From assembly GCA_000092065.1 (NCBI GenBank), contig CP000582.1: 64,000 nucleotides of DNA. The stretch is one strand, 5' to 3'. A program made the translations under genes and the position numbers. Position 1 is the stretch's first letter. Each line of letters opens with the position of its first letter. Below, piece after piece: positions 12,424-25,145 of this stretch. The notes under the pieces were generated by a model. It saw only the letters and a program-made list of their open reading frames with translations. It was not told where the DNA came from and ran no database searches. The DNA is from Ostreococcus lucimarinus. Taxonomy: Eukaryota.

Positions 12424-13465
12424 TTAAAGATTTGTCAACAGGGTAGTCACTTCTGCCGCGCTTTTCAACGTATAAGTGTTTAGCTCTACTATCGCCACTT
12501 CGCATTTGTCCGATGTGAGATCACTAGCATCTACATTCGATTCGTTTAGCGCTCTCAGTGCAATCATGATCATCTGGCCATCTACATCATTCACGGAGTA
12601 ATGCAAAGCGTACAACAAACGTACCTCGTCAACGCTGGCAGTCTCGAGGGCCTCCATATTTTTTTCAAGATATGTTCGTGCTGACTGTGACCTCCCACCT
12701 AATTCACACATCAACGTCTTATTTGGATTATTCGAATGCTTGACTGGCTCATACCTATTGCAGTGCACGACATTTGGTGAACTTCACCACTAGGACAAGT
12801 TTGGAAGATTTGACAACCGAGCTGTTCACTTGAACCAACAAGTACCAAACCGACTCCACAAGGCCGTCCTGAGCTTTTTCGCATAGAGATCTATTCAAAA
12901 CAATAAGAGAAAGCAAGTCTACCTGTGATCAATTCACCTGTAATGATTTTGAAGCTGCTGCAGCGAGCCGACCAGGGCATGCGCTTCGACCGTACACAAA
13001 CTCTTCTCTTGTACTTTCCTCGCGAAGAAGTTTTACTAACTTTGCCCCATCTGTTGAAAGACCTGACACTGCGACGCCCACTCGTGTGTTTATTGCGAAA
13101 ATCTTTTCTTGCATCGAAGATAGCTTCGATTGTTTGCGCTTCAAAGCAGCGAGCACAGCGCACTTTTTATTCTGCGATCACCATTAACAAACTTTGTAGC
13201 AAGTTTCAGAAAGTTTAGACACATACACCACAAGCTACAACGGTACTTCCTTGCTTCACGGCTTCCATCGCATCTTTTGATCATTTGAGGTCCATCACTC
13301 ATAGAAGATATGTGAAAGACTTACACTCCACCTGATGCAAGCGTCCCTGTGGACTCCATGTCAACATGTCCTGTAGGTCAACGACGTCAGCGAGAGGAAC
13401 GTCGTTCAGAGACGAGAGCGCCGTCAATTTTAGATAGTTACCTGATCATATTGATTGCGAAACAT
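12424..13465 (-). CDS. PSMA1: proteasome subunit alpha type-1 (alpha6), multi-exon
   Basis: exon-wise match to PSMA1: MFRNQYDQ | DMLTWSPQGRLHQVE | YAMEAVKQGSTVVAC | KKCAVLAALKRKQSKLSSMQEKIFAINTRVGVAVSGLSTDGAKLVKLLREE... | ...GGRSQSARTYLEKNMEAL...ALRALNESNVDASDLTSDKCEVAIV; 51-nt introns. Confidence 0.8.
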
Positions 13466-13776
13466 GGTGATAGCGACGAAACGCGTGACGAGTTATGACG
13501 ATCTACGACAACTCTGAACGTTGTACCACTTGATGTCGCTTGTCGCTTCATACTTTGTCGAAAACATGTTCTAATACGGGAGTCTCAAGTACAGAGTGCA
13601 CAGAGTGAAGGTGAAACACCGACAGCTGAACTATGCAGCGGCCGACGAGCTGCAACGGCCGGTCAGCAAGTTGCGGATACTGAGGTAATCGCGAGTGCAC
13701 GCTTGGCCTACGCAAACTCCACGCTCTGGCTCACAGTATCCGTCTACAAAGCTGATACACATCTACATCTACCTCG

Positions 13777-14280
13777 ATGCGCTTTCAACTTGCTGTCACG
13801 AAACTAGTTCGTCGTGCACGTCGCCTGCAGCGCATTTCTCACGTACGAATCGATTCGCAACCGTTCATCACGTTACAGTTGTCCTTTAAGGATGAGCGAG
13901 ATCACGCTCGCCCTCGTTCCATCAGCCAGAACCGGTTCAGCACTTCAGAATCGAAGGAGTACGTCTTCAACGACGTCGCAAACTGTACTTTGCAGAATAT
14001 TCTCGATAGTATTGAAGCTTTGATAGACAAGGAACGGCTGGACATGGATATATCACTCGAAACTGGCGTGTTGACTATCGATTGCGGAGAAAACGGGGTC
14101 TTTGTGTTGAATAAGCAGACCCCGAATAGACAAATTTGGCTCGCCTCACCCGTCAGCGGCCCTTTCAGATATAATTACACACCATCCGGTGAATGGTTGA
14201 GCACACGAGATGACTATTCTCTACAAAGCCGTCTAAAATATGAGTTAGAGTCTATATATAAACTGGAGGTCAATTTCTAA
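13777..14280 (+). CDS. FXN: frataxin (mitochondrial iron-sulfur cluster assembly), with presequence
   Basis: EYVFNDVANCTLQNILDSIEALIDKERLDMDISLETGVLTIDCGENGVFVLNKQTPNRQIWLASPVSGPFRYNY; N-terminal Arg-rich presequence. Confidence 0.85.
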   Translation: MRFQLAVTKLVRRARRLQRISHVRIDSQPFITLQLSFKDERDHARPRSISQNRFSTSESKEYVFNDVANCTLQNILDSIEALIDKERLDMDISLETGVLTIDCGENGVFVLNKQTPNRQIWLASPVSGPFRYNYTPSGEWLSTRDDYSLQSRLKYELESIYKLEVNF

Positions 14281-15215
14281 GGTCGAAAAGTATGGATTGT
14301 AAAAAGTACAACGTATTGGCTTTCACACGGCTCTTGACTTCGTGAGACTCTATCTTGGAGAAAGTGAGGGGCAAGACCACATAGTTTATAGACGCACTCA
14401 CCTGAAAGTGTCCTGTGCAGTTATTCATAATATCATCGAAGTTAATATTGCGCGGTAGGAAGCACACAGTATTGTTTGACGCTGCCAGTGATCTCGTTAT
14501 CACTTCAGTGCCTCGAAGTCCGCCAATCCATTTTTGCGAGAGCAGAAACTCTTCTCTCACGGAATAAGATGGCCCTCCCCAGGGTGGGGACAAAAATATA
14601 AAGTCTACTCGAGAACTGCTCATCAACTCCAGAAAGTTACAGCATATAAACTCGATGTTCTGATGTACTGACGTGGTTGACGCATTATGTTGAGCCTGTA
14701 TCAGTGGAATGTAAATACGCGCCAACTCAGTCGCGATTAATAACACTTACCATTTTCAACTTTTCGCTATCGATGTCGCACGCCAATACTTTACACCCGA
14801 CTTTAGCGAAGGCAATTGAGTTCCCACCCACACCGCAGAAAGCGTCCAAGACTACGGGGGGCAAGTCTGAACGCCGCTTTCGCTGGAAACATTCGACGCA
14901 CAATCTAGCTTGATGGTCGGCTATAATTATTGGAGTTGTCGAGTACCACGCTTCCGTATCCAATAGCATGCCCATTTCCCACTCAGAGAAGAGATCGTAG
15001 CGTTGTCGCCAGTATTTGGAAAGTGGGGCAGTATAAGTTTCAGTTCCAACTCGTGTTTGAACGTCGACTTCGTAAGGGATTTCACGAGAGAAGTCCATCC
15101 ACTCATTCAATACAACCAATATGTGAACTAGCGTCAGAGACAATGCGTTCAATTCATCCCCTCGAACGCGCCGTGCGTCAGACTTTGACCGGTGCGACTG
15201 CACTTCGTGTCCCAT
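14270..15215 (-). CDS. TGS1: trimethylguanosine synthase (snRNA/snoRNA cap hypermethylase), >=2 exons
   Basis: KYWRQRYDLFSEWEMGMLLDTEAWYSTTPIIIADHQ, SAM motif VLDAFCGVGGNSIAFAKVGCKVLACDID, then after an intron IEFICCNFLELMSSSRVDFIFLSPPWGGPSY, CFLPRN; the stop codon lies 11 bp inside the frataxin CDS (convergent 3' overlap). Confidence 0.75.
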
Positions 15216-15314
15216 CCTCGACTGGCGTTGACGTGCACAATACGACTAGCATGATATGATATCTGCAGAATCTGAAACGAACCAGTCACTACTCGATTCA
15301 AGATCATTAGTGGC

Positions 15315-17823
15315 ATGACTCCTACGGCGGTCACGACCTTCGAGCGAGAAACTGTGTATTGGAGTGAGAATGATTCGACAAAGTTGCGAGAGATACCGAT
15401 CACGTTTCACGACGTGGAAGAGTATTATGCAACGTTCTACACAACTCTTGTAGAGGAGGTGCGGTCAGATTTGAAAGATGCGTATGACGGTTCGATAGGT
15501 AAGACAGTACAAATTCCAACTTGCTTGAACCTGAGCTTGAACCTGTATTCAACTCGCAGCAGGACGTCGCACGTTTAGAATTTCTATCGAGCGCAAATGG
15601 ACAGAAAGTAGCTGTACATACTTAGAATTGAAGTTATGGATTGAGGAGGGTGCGCCTTCAATCGTAGAAGGTACAGTCATCTATATAAGTTCAGCTCGCG
15701 TTACGAACACAAGGCTGCATTCAGAGTTGGCACTTCTTGGAACAGTTGCTACACAAACGTTTGAAATGGGTAAACGTTGCGAAGTTCGAGTAATTCACCC
15801 CAGAGACGCTAGATGTGGTGCTGAACAACTTTTAGAAGCCATACGTCCTGGGCATTCGAAATACCTGTGGGGTGTTCCAACTTGTCGGCTATCAACACAT
15901 GTGCGTCAATTTGAAGCGCTTGCGGCAGTTTGCGATACAAATCCGGTAAGGCAAAACACACCTCTAGGATCTTGGACTTACGATGTACAGAACTTTCAAC
16001 ATTATCTTTTGAACCCGAAACGCGTCGCAGAACTTTTCATAGCGCCTCCACCTCCAACAGTGAGGCAACTGAATCTTGATAAAGCTGGTGGATTTGTTGC
16101 GCCCATGCAAGCCACGCTGAATACTCCTCAACTCGATGCTTTACTGGCTTGCGTACAGCGGATCCATAATTCAAAAAAAAGTGATCAACCTCCTTTCTCA
16201 TTAATTCAAGGTCCACCAGGGACAGGCAAAACAAAAGTGATTGTACGTACAGTTTATGTTTATATTTTGTTTCACTTACGCTTACATTTATCTATGGAAT
16301 AGTTGAGCTTAGCAAACGTCGTACATCTATTGCAGTTTCATGATTATTTCGAGAAAGTCATGTCTCTGGTAAAGGCAGGTAAAGTTGCACAGGCAGACTC
16401 GCTCAAAAGAAAGCGCCAAACGGAGCAAGACAACGCGAACACACACAACTTCAAGCCACGGATACTAATATGTGCACCCAGCAATGCGGCAGTCGATAAT
16501 ATTTTGGAACGGATAATTCGTGAAAGATTCGCACAACTGGATAATTCGCGCTATTCGCCCGACATACTACGTCTAGTATCCGGTGACGCAAACGTCTCAA
16601 CGACCGCGCAGTCTGTATCAGTTGAGCAACGCGTTAGAAACCTCATGGAGATGTCAACTTTGGATTGGAGCTCGTGGTATTCGCGTCAGTATCATACTGT
16701 CACCGTGTCTGAATTGAAGATAAAAGAACACTTACGAGATGATATCCAAGTCCTCAACTCCTCAGAGAGCAGTATCATACAACTGTATGAAGTGCGTGAC
16801 AGAGCTTTAGGTGATCTTGCTAGGCTGGAAAGACTACGCCCACTACATCATTGTACTTCAACGACACAAAACATGTGTTCATTTCGACAAATATCTGAGC
16901 ATATATCCGCTTCATTTGTCGACGAGGCGGAGATTGTATGCTGTACCCTTACCTCCATCAAACGCCACGTGCTTGCCAGTTCGCGACCTTTCAAAACAAT
17001 TATCATCGATGAAGCATGCCAGGCGAACGAATTATCGACTTTGATCCCGATGACGTTGTCTAATGCTCATTGTGTCTTGGTGGGTGACCCTAAACAACTA
17101 CCAGCCACCGTCAAATCGCTGAATGCCAAACAAGCAAAATTTGACCGTTCACTATTTGAACGGCTAATGGTCGCAGGCATGCGCTGTAACCTGCTCACTG
17201 TCCAATACAGGATGCACCCGCAAATACGGATGTTTCCATCGTCGATATTTTACTCAAATGCACTGATCGATGCTCCTGGGCTTGCCAAAATTAGAGACTT
17301 ACCTTCTCACCGTTGTTGGCCGTTTCAACCGTACATGGTTTTCGACGCAGTGGATGGACAGGAAATCCAAGCGGCAAGTTTTTCTCGATACAACCAAGTC
17401 GAAGCATCTTTTATAATCGATTTACTGGAGAAGTACTACCAACTTTTCCCTCTTGTTGACGATAGTACTCAGAAAGTTGTGGTTTTGAGTGGTTACAGGA
17501 AGCAATGCGAGCTGATACAAAACATGCTGCATCAGAAGCCCACGCTGGGTCAACTGATCTCTGTAAGTACGATTGATGCGTTCCAAGGTCAGGAAGGGGA
17601 CTTAGTTATCCTCTCGTGCGTACGAACGTCAGCAAATGACATTGGTTTCGTGTCAGATATGCGGAGATTGAATGTGGCTTTGACGAGAGCAAAATCATCG
17701 CTATGGATCGTCTGCAAATGCGAGGCGGTGTCAAAATTTAATTTTTGGAAAGCTTTGCTGAAGAACGCAAAAGAACGAGGATGTTATACAGACAACTTAC
17801 AAGATGCACTTGCATTAGAATGA
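15315..17823 (+). CDS. superfamily-1 UPF1-like RNA/DNA helicase (SEN1/senataxin/MAA3 family), multi-exon
   Basis: motif I LIQGPPGTGKTKVI, Ia ILICAPSNAAVDNILERI, II IIIDEACQANELSTLIPM..VLVGDPKQLPATVKS, TVQYRMHPQIRMFPSSIFY, VSTIDAFQGQEGDLVILSCVRT, NVALTRAKSSLWIV; a 93-nt in-frame intron at ~16243-16335 joins the two large ORFs; further small introns near 15578-15630. Confidence 0.7.
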
Positions 17824-17910
17824 TGTGATGATTCAATAAACCAAGAAACTGTGTTGAAAGACTATGAATACAAAACTTTGCGCTCAATATGGCGCTGTAT
17901 GTGCTTTTTT

Positions 17911-20193
17911 TCACCTACGTTTGCCTTTGGTACAACAAATAACGTTCAATGTACCCAAGTTATTACTCGTGGTATTGTCTAACTCACTCTGCTTTCTACT
18001 CAAATCGCGGGACATCCGTTTCAAGCACATAACGTCTATTTTCTTACTCGTCGAATTCAGCATACTTAAACTCAGTGCAAGCAAGTGTTCTAAGTGTACC
18101 GATTCTGACAAAAGCTCGAAACATGTAACGATGATTGCCTCGGCAAAACTACTCGAAGTATTTCGCATGGCAGCCATTTGCTGCGAAGTTGGCACGCGAT
18201 TTAAAATTGCCTGAAGTACAAAGGGTGTCGTCTTCAGCGCAGCTGCCAGATGTAAGGCCGACAGAAAGTCCTTACGTTGTAAGGCAGAAGCGACATTCGG
18301 CAATGATGCATCTTCAGATAGCCGAGTTGATATTTCATTTTCGTCCGCAGCAAGTCTATGAATATGAACTCCTCTCTTCGTCACAATAATGAAAACATCG
18401 GATTCTTTACTGTATGATAGAGCTCCAACAATATTCTTAGTGGGCATAGAAAGACCTACGTGCGGCAGATGTCGCTTAAGTAGAGTGTGCCGTCCGGGGT
18501 CATAGATACATATAAGTGCCGCTGACGTGCTACAAACAAGCATAGACCCAGACGGGTTGTACTGTAACGAAATGAAACTAGAATCGTCATTGAGTCGCGG
18601 AACATCTCGCGAGTAGTCCACAGTTCCCAAAAGTTGACTTCCTTCCATCTTCCAAAATGCTATTTTTTGCCCGGAGGTAGATACAGCTAATTGTTTATCA
18701 TCGCGGCGTATTGCGACTGCAATCACATCACGACTGTGTGGAATGACTTCACAGGCGAACTCTCGATGGCTCATGTCCCACAGTCGGACTGTACCATCCC
18801 AAGATCCAGACACCATGGTTGTCGTCATGCAGAAGTCCAAGGAGGAGATGATAGCGCTGTGACCAGACAGTACCTCAAGGAGTTGACCTGTGGTGAACGA
18901 CCACATCAGTATCTGAAATGTGTCTAGCGTACTTGCACATACGAGTTCCTCGCTAGCATCGACAGTAACTCTGTTGAATCTACTGTCAAATGAGGCTGTA
19001 AACGTCCGAAAAACACGCAGTCTATGTATGTCATGAGCGCGAACTGTGCCATCAAAGCTCGCGGACAAGAATCCGCCGCCGGATCGTAAGCATTCTACTG
19101 CCGAAACTAGTGCTTCGTGGTGATGAAATGTCGCCACGCATGACGAGGTCTGAATGCTCCAAACATTCACAACACCACTGTGCGTTCCAGTGATGAGTGT
19201 CTCGCCGTCGTCACTCAAAGTTGTACAGCTAACGCTTGCCGTGCTCGTACGGTGGTTCAGCCTTAAACTTTGCGAGCTTGTATCCCATACAACAATTCTT
19301 TCCGTTCCGAAAAGCGCTAAGCTCTCGCCCGTTTCATCGAAGCAGCATTTCTCTACATCAAAACCGAACGTGATCTGCCCCAGTTCTTGTGCTGTTTGCA
19401 CTGCGAACAATTGCACAAGATCGGGTGACGTGACCACCGCGACTTGATGTGCCCTATGACTAAATGTCGCGTATAACACCTCATTCACCGTGCCCAGCTT
19501 TTCTCGACGCACCAACTGCTTTTTAAACGGAGACATTGAGTCGTCATGATTTGTTACAGAGCACTCCAGTAATGTCCCAGCACGCGTTATGCTGATTATC
19601 TCATTCTTTTCACGAAACGAGACCGCAGCGATGTTTCTGTCATCAAATAGTATGCATCGATATTTGCCTGAGCACTCACGGTGGTATAGTCTGCATGTGC
19701 TACCCGCAGATACTGCGAAATGTCCATCGTCACTTTGTCCTCCAAAGCCGGTGACCGTGCCCTCAGCAATTGTTTCCCTAAATACTCGATTCATAGGTTC
19801 GGTCGGCGTGTAGCACTTGTTTTGCCATACTTCCAGTGCATGATCGTAAAGCACAACAACATTTGGCCATGTTCCACCTGCACTTGATACGAACTGCACC
19901 AAAAGCGGGAGCCCTGCCATTTTCTTGCGTTGTATCTGTGTCGCCGTGGCGATGTTGAAGATTGTGATGTAGTCGTCCCTATCTAGTGCAACCAAAATCA
20001 TCCTTTCAACACTAACATCTATTGACTTAATGCCTACGCGTTCGTTCCTGGCGATACATTTGCTGCTGGATGTTTGTACATCGACTTCAGAAACCACGTT
20101 GTCGGTTGCGACAAAAACCCTCCCTCTAGAGTAAACGACGCGGTTTGAATCGAAATCTGTATTGACGACTCCGCACGTAAGAAGTCGACTCAT
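17911..20193 (-). CDS. PWP2: periodic tryptophan protein 2-like U3 snoRNP WD40 protein (PWP2/UTP1)
   Basis: N-terminus MSRLLTCGVVNTDFDSNRVVYSRGRVFVATDNVV resembles PWP2 MKFxYKFSNLLG..GN; about 12 WD repeats; C-terminal Utp12-like helical domain ...HLEHLLALSLSMLN; the ORF upstream of MSRLL (to 20397) is probably UTR read-through. Confidence 0.6.
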   Translation of the reverse strand: MSRLLTCGVVNTDFDSNRVVYSRGRVFVATDNVVSEVDVQTSSSKCIARNERVGIKSIDVSVERMILVALDRDDYITIFNIATATQIQRKKMAGLPLLVQFVSSAGGTWPNVVVLYDHALEVWQNKCYTPTEPMNRVFRETIAEGTVTGFGGQSDDGHFAVSAGSTCRLYHRECSGKYRCILFDDRNIAAVSFREKNEIISITRAGTLLECSVTNHDDSMSPFKKQLVRREKLGTVNEVLYATFSHRAHQVAVVTSPDLVQLFAVQTAQELGQITFGFDVEKCCFDETGESLALFGTERIVVWDTSSQSLRLNHRTSTASVSCTTLSDDGETLITGTHSGVVNVWSIQTSSCVATFHHHEALVSAVECLRSGGGFLSASFDGTVRAHDIHRLRVFRTFTASFDSRFNRVTVDASEELVCASTLDTFQILMWSFTTGQLLEVLSGHSAIISSLDFCMTTTMVSGSWDGTVRLWDMSHREFACEVIPHSRDVIAVAIRRDDKQLAVSTSGQKIAFWKMEGSQLLGTVDYSRDVPRLNDDSSFISLQYNPSGSMLVCSTSAALICIYDPGRHTLLKRHLPHVGLSMPTKNIVGALSYSKESDVFIIVTKRGVHIHRLAADENEISTRLSEDASLPNVASALQRKDFLSALHLAAALKTTPFVLQAILNRVPTSQQMAAMRNTSSSFAEAIIVTCFELLSESVHLEHLLALSLSMLNSTSKKIDVMCLKRMSRDLSRKQSELDNTTSNNLGTLNVICCTKGKRR

Positions 20194-20647
20194 ATGGCTT
20201 TGTGTTGCGTTCTGGCGCAAGTATCCGCCTTCAAAGCGCGCGCGCTCAGTTTTGCCGGCGGCGCACGTTGGCTTTCGAGCGCTCAGTGCAAACTCATTTT
20301 CATACTGACGTATCCAGCTGTATACGGGCGTATATATATTGGGTGACTTATTAGTGATACAATATGCTCGCGCGTAAACAAACCCGAACTTTGTCAAATC
20401 TCGGCCTCGCGGTAAATGTGCGGGTTCTGTTGCGTTTAGCCAGACCCTCGTTTCACGTGACAGTTGCCGGTGCTGCCCGTATCACGTTATACCCTCTGCT
20501 CTGACTTCGTCTCAAAGTTTCCGACGATTGACTGTAGTACTCGAACCCGCCGCGGCTGCACGGGCTTCCTGTGTTCGGATAAGCAGCGACGATGTGCATA
20601 TCTGCACCGCGCGTAGCCAGGCTTTCATCAAGTCAAACAGAGTTGAA

Positions 20648-21977
20648 GATGTCCATGAGATCAGTGCGATCCAACACCCGACGTAGCAGTACGACCCAAT
20701 CTCTTTCGGTACGTTTCTAACGCCGTGAATATGAAGTCAAACTCACTCATCGACACGCACATGACACAGGGTACCAGTGCAAACTTGCTAAGCGTAGTGG
20801 CGGGAACGCAGCAGGCTCGATCTGTTGACGGTGTTCGAGTATTACAGCGTGAAGGTACTCTTGGCATTCAATATCTCGTGAGCCTCGAAGACGAGACGAG
20901 AGTATGGTGATGTCACGTACTGCTGTTTCGACTTGACACTAACACAGTTGTAGGCTGCCCAACGAATGTGTAGCCGACGATTTGAGGAGTCAGTACGGTC
21001 TAGAGTGGTGGAACGCGTGTCGACAGGTGCGTAAACCAGCCCGCAAATGATGCCAGCATTATCCTGAAAGAAACCATAACCAGGGTGACCAAGCTACCCT
21101 AGAGAAGTTCTTGAGTACAAGCTCCGGGACTTTGCTGCACTCCAAGGACTCAAAACAGAGAAGGTATATTGCTGATGGAAAAGTGAAGCGCATCTAAAAT
21201 AAATACTGTCTAGCCCCATTCATTTTCTTGCAGGGGTTGGCGACACATTCGTTCTTGACCGACTGTTGAAAGAAGGCGCAGATGTAAACGCCCAGGTATG
21301 CTGCCCATTTTAATTATTTCTAATTTGATCTCAGAATCTTAGGACGTCGATGGCTACACGGCTGCGCACCTCGCTGCTGGGTACATGAGACTCGACTCCC
21401 TACGGTGCTTACTTAGTGCAGGAGCTGATGCAGAACTCGAGGATAACACAGGTCGCTCGGTACGCTCGACACACTTAGTGCACTTTCTTGCTTCTTATCT
21501 ATTCACTCAAAGGTGCAAGGACTAGTGCAGACCCTTCTTTCGAATACGCCAGTAACAACGACGACGTATTCGCGCAGAGTGGCACTAGAGTCAATGTTAT
21601 CTGCCATAGAGGCCCATATATATGAAGAGATTGTCCCTGTCGCGCTACTTTCAAAGCGCTTGTCAAACGGCACTGCTGAATACCTGGTGAGATGGATCGA
21701 CGGTGAGGCTGCAAGCTTATATTAAACACCATGTACTAATACTAGATCAGACGTTGATGATATGTGGGTACCGGAGGGAGATATCGCGGATGATGTCATC
21801 CAGACATTCGAAGAGAACTTAGAGCTCACAAAAGGGGAGCTATTGACGCAGAAAGAAGACGAGAGTAATGGACAACGTAGGCTCATTCAGGTGAGGCTAA
21901 TTATTGTTTGGGGTTAATCAGACAAATTGATTCCTTATTTCAGTGGCATGATTCGCAAATCTTGACATGGATCTAAC
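20648..21977 (+). CDS. cpSRP43: chloroplast signal recognition particle 43 kDa protein-like (chromodomains + ankyrin repeats), multi-exon
   Basis: Ser/Thr/Arg-rich transit-like N-terminus MSMRSVRSNTRRSSTTQSLS; chromodomain-like exons ...LGIQYLVSLEDETRVW / VADDLRSQYGLEWWNACRQ; ankyrin repeats GVGDTFVLDRLLKEGADVNAQ, DVDGYTAAHLAAGYMRLDSLRCLLSAGADAELEDNTGRS; later chromodomains EYLVRWIDGE and DVDDMWVPEGDIADDVIQTFEE; exon boundaries approximate. Confidence 0.6.
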
Positions 21978-22090
21978 GTGCCAATAGACAAAGCACTAAC
22001 CTTGCCAACTTGGCACTTGAGTGCCAAGTGGCAAATATTAAAAAGCCTGTTGAGGCTCTCTTCACTTGGAAGGATATCCCAGTCACTCAG

Positions 22091-22871
22091 GGCTCAGGCA
22101 AACGATAGTGTCAACGAATGGTTCGCGTTCAATCGAAATCCTTGTAACCCATTTAGCGCAGCTACGGCATTTGCCGTGGTATCAAATTCAACCTCGCCGT
22201 CGCCTGATTCACGCGTCATAGTAGCGTCTTTGTAGCCAGAGAACTGCTGAAAGAGTAATGCCAACATGTGTGTCGTCGTTGCACCTACGATAGCGAAAAT
22301 GTAAAATATGTGTCTTCTCGGTTCAATTGAATAAAGATAGATCTTCGACCGTTTGACTTACCTGGCAGTCCCTGCACAGCTATACGTGTGCTGGGAGGGC
22401 GCTTCATACCATCCATTGCTTTTGGCTCATGTCTTGTGGCATTCTCAGCAGTTGCGTTTTTTCTACGCAAACGCTCCCGTTCTTGGTTTTCTACTTTTCT
22501 ACTCAATCGAACTGCTCCATCGCGTTCGATATGCTCGCCTCTGCGTCGGCGGATTGCGTCTGATGTGGTGTTCGCAACCACAATTTTCTTGTGAACGCGT
22601 AAGTCAAAGTCATGAAATATGGCTTGCTACGTACCATTGGTTTATCATAAAATGGGAAGCTCTGTAATGACTGCATTGCATTATTTGCATCCATGGATGT
22701 GTCGTATACAATCCAAGCTTGTCCTCGTAGTCTATATGTGTTTGCCGTTACTATGTCTAAAACCTTCCCGAATGGAGAAAATACTGCATGTAGTGCAGCT
22801 CGTAATTCTGTTAAGGAAAATGTGAGAATCGAACCGTTGACGCATTCATGATATTCCGTCCGGTGGCGCAC
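22091..22871 (-). CDS. U1 snRNP A / U2 snRNP B-double-prime type protein with two RRMs, multi-exon
   Basis: RRM1 LHAVFSPFGKVLDIVTANTYRLRGQAWIVYDTSMDANNAMQSLQSFPFYDKPMV (RNP1/RNP2 of U1A); RRM2 in the terminal exon LFQQFSGYKDATMTRESGDGEVEFDTTANAVAALNGLQGFRLNANHSLTLSFA-stop. Confidence 0.75.
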
Positions 22872-23377
22872 TAGAATGCTGACGTTCCTCCATACATCGT
22901 ACCTTGCTTCGGAACTTTTTCGTTCAAGTTGTTCACATACAAGGTGTGGAATTCTTCGGAGACTTGTGACGCCATCTCAATATCTCTCTTTTAAAGTAGA
23001 GCCCGCAGCGCCGTGCGACGTATTGAATATTCCGGTGTATACGTGTGTTGCGAAGTTGTCTTGATTTTTCAGGTCGAGTCGCTGCGCAAACTGGGGGGAA
23101 CATTGTTGGGTTTGTCGGTTTGTTGATTTGCCGCAGTGGCTGTGATGTATTTTGAGAAATGTACTTTCACGATACGTATACTTATGAACTTGAAACGCCT
23201 ATATATTCATTGGACGATACGAGCGCTCGAGATCCGAAGTCGCGAGGATCTCCGCTACACGCACTCGCCAGGGCACCACTTCAACGCGCGCGGCGCAGCG
23301 TACAATTGCAGCACATTTTATCTAGTTCATACACAACACGTGACCAGCTGAAATACCGTCCGGTTGCCTCCCCCAGA

Positions 23378-24283
<906 letters not shown>

Positions 24284-24433
24284 CCTTGTTTGCCGAACAG
24301 TTTCTACAACTTGATTCGGAGCCCAGTGTAGTAAGTTGTTGCACACGTGTAATACGAATACTAGTACAAGTAACCAGCACGAAATTTATACTTTCGGTGA
24401 ACGCAGAACAGTCGACGTTCGAGTCAACATCGA

Positions 24434-24754
24434 CTATTCTACACGTTGTGCATCTGTCTGTCTTTGGCTCTCAGTGTAGTGCGGTGTTGCACGCGACACA
24501 ACTAACTTTCTACCTTTCCATCTGCAATGATTGAGCACCGACATACAACGATCAATCTCACTTTCTTGTGAAACAGTCAAATCTACAAAAGCAAATCCTC
24601 GACACTGCTGCGGCTCCGTACTGAACTTGTCGAGCTTGATGTCCACAGAAACTACGTCCCCAAAAGGTGCAAGACGCCTACTGATTTCGTCCACTGTGAC
24701 ATCTGGAGCAAGCCCTCCAACATGCAGACGGCTAGAAAACTTCATACGATGCAC
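24434..24754 (-). CDS. small RRM-domain protein, NOL8/Nop8-like RRM
   Basis: MKFSSRLHVGGLAPDVTVDEISRRLAPFGDV...RGFAFVDLTVSQESEIDRCMSVLNHCRWKGRKLVVSRA resembles the N-terminal RRM of NOL8 (..KCMSVLNKTKWKGG.L); little room downstream for more exons before Rab11. Confidence 0.4.
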   Translation of the reverse strand: MHRMKFSSRLHVGGLAPDVTVDEISRRLAPFGDVVSVDIKLDKFSTEPQQCRGFAFVDLTVSQESEIDRCMSVLNHCRWKGRKLVVSRATPHYTESQRQTDAQRVE

Positions 24755-25051
24755 TCGTGACTCTCGTTTTCGTTCTGCGTGAACTCAGTCGCCAATAGTT
24801 TGCTTGTCGCACAGGTTTTACGTTTCTGACCACGCTTGTAATTACGTCTTCCTTCGATGAGCGCGTGCGCCACGAAATAATAGCGACAACGGCTGCGTAA
24901 AAACTCGTTTGCGACCGAGCGTGATAGTGCCGAAGCAGGGCGTAGCGCGTGCGTTCAGGCGCGCGACTTCTTATGACGAGTCAACTACGTGTTGTTCATA
25001 TAGCTACAATGTTCCACAGCTACGACGGTAGTTATTGTCGCTCCCACAGCA

Positions 25052-25145
25052 ATCAAATAGGCTCTGCCTGCGCAGGTTCGAATCCTGCCGTCCGCGCACT
25101 GAACAAATGCGGACGTGCCCGAGTGGTTAAGGGGTTTGACTCGAA
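25052..25145 (+). tRNA. circularly permuted tRNA-Ser(CGA) gene: 3' half (anticodon-stem 3' strand TCAAA, long variable arm, T-arm GCAGG-TTCGAAT-CCTGC, acceptor 3' strand CGTCCGC, discriminator G), then a 12-nt spacer cactgaacaaat, then the 5' half (acceptor GCGGACG, D-arm CCCGAGTGGTTAAGGG, anticodon stem TTTGA, loop CTCGAA)
   Basis: acceptor strands GCGGACG/CGTCCGC and anticodon stem TTTGA/TCAAA are perfectly complementary only if the two halves are rejoined at anticodon-loop position 37/38; the D-loop GAGTGGTTAA and long variable arm are class-II (Ser) hallmarks; the anticodon is CGA. Confidence 0.55.

Noticed and set aside
17864-18214. 116-aa plus-strand ORF at the 3' end of PWP2
   Set aside because: Antisense to the conserved Utp12-like C-terminal domain of PWP2, which extends from ~18.2 kb down to the stop at 17911.
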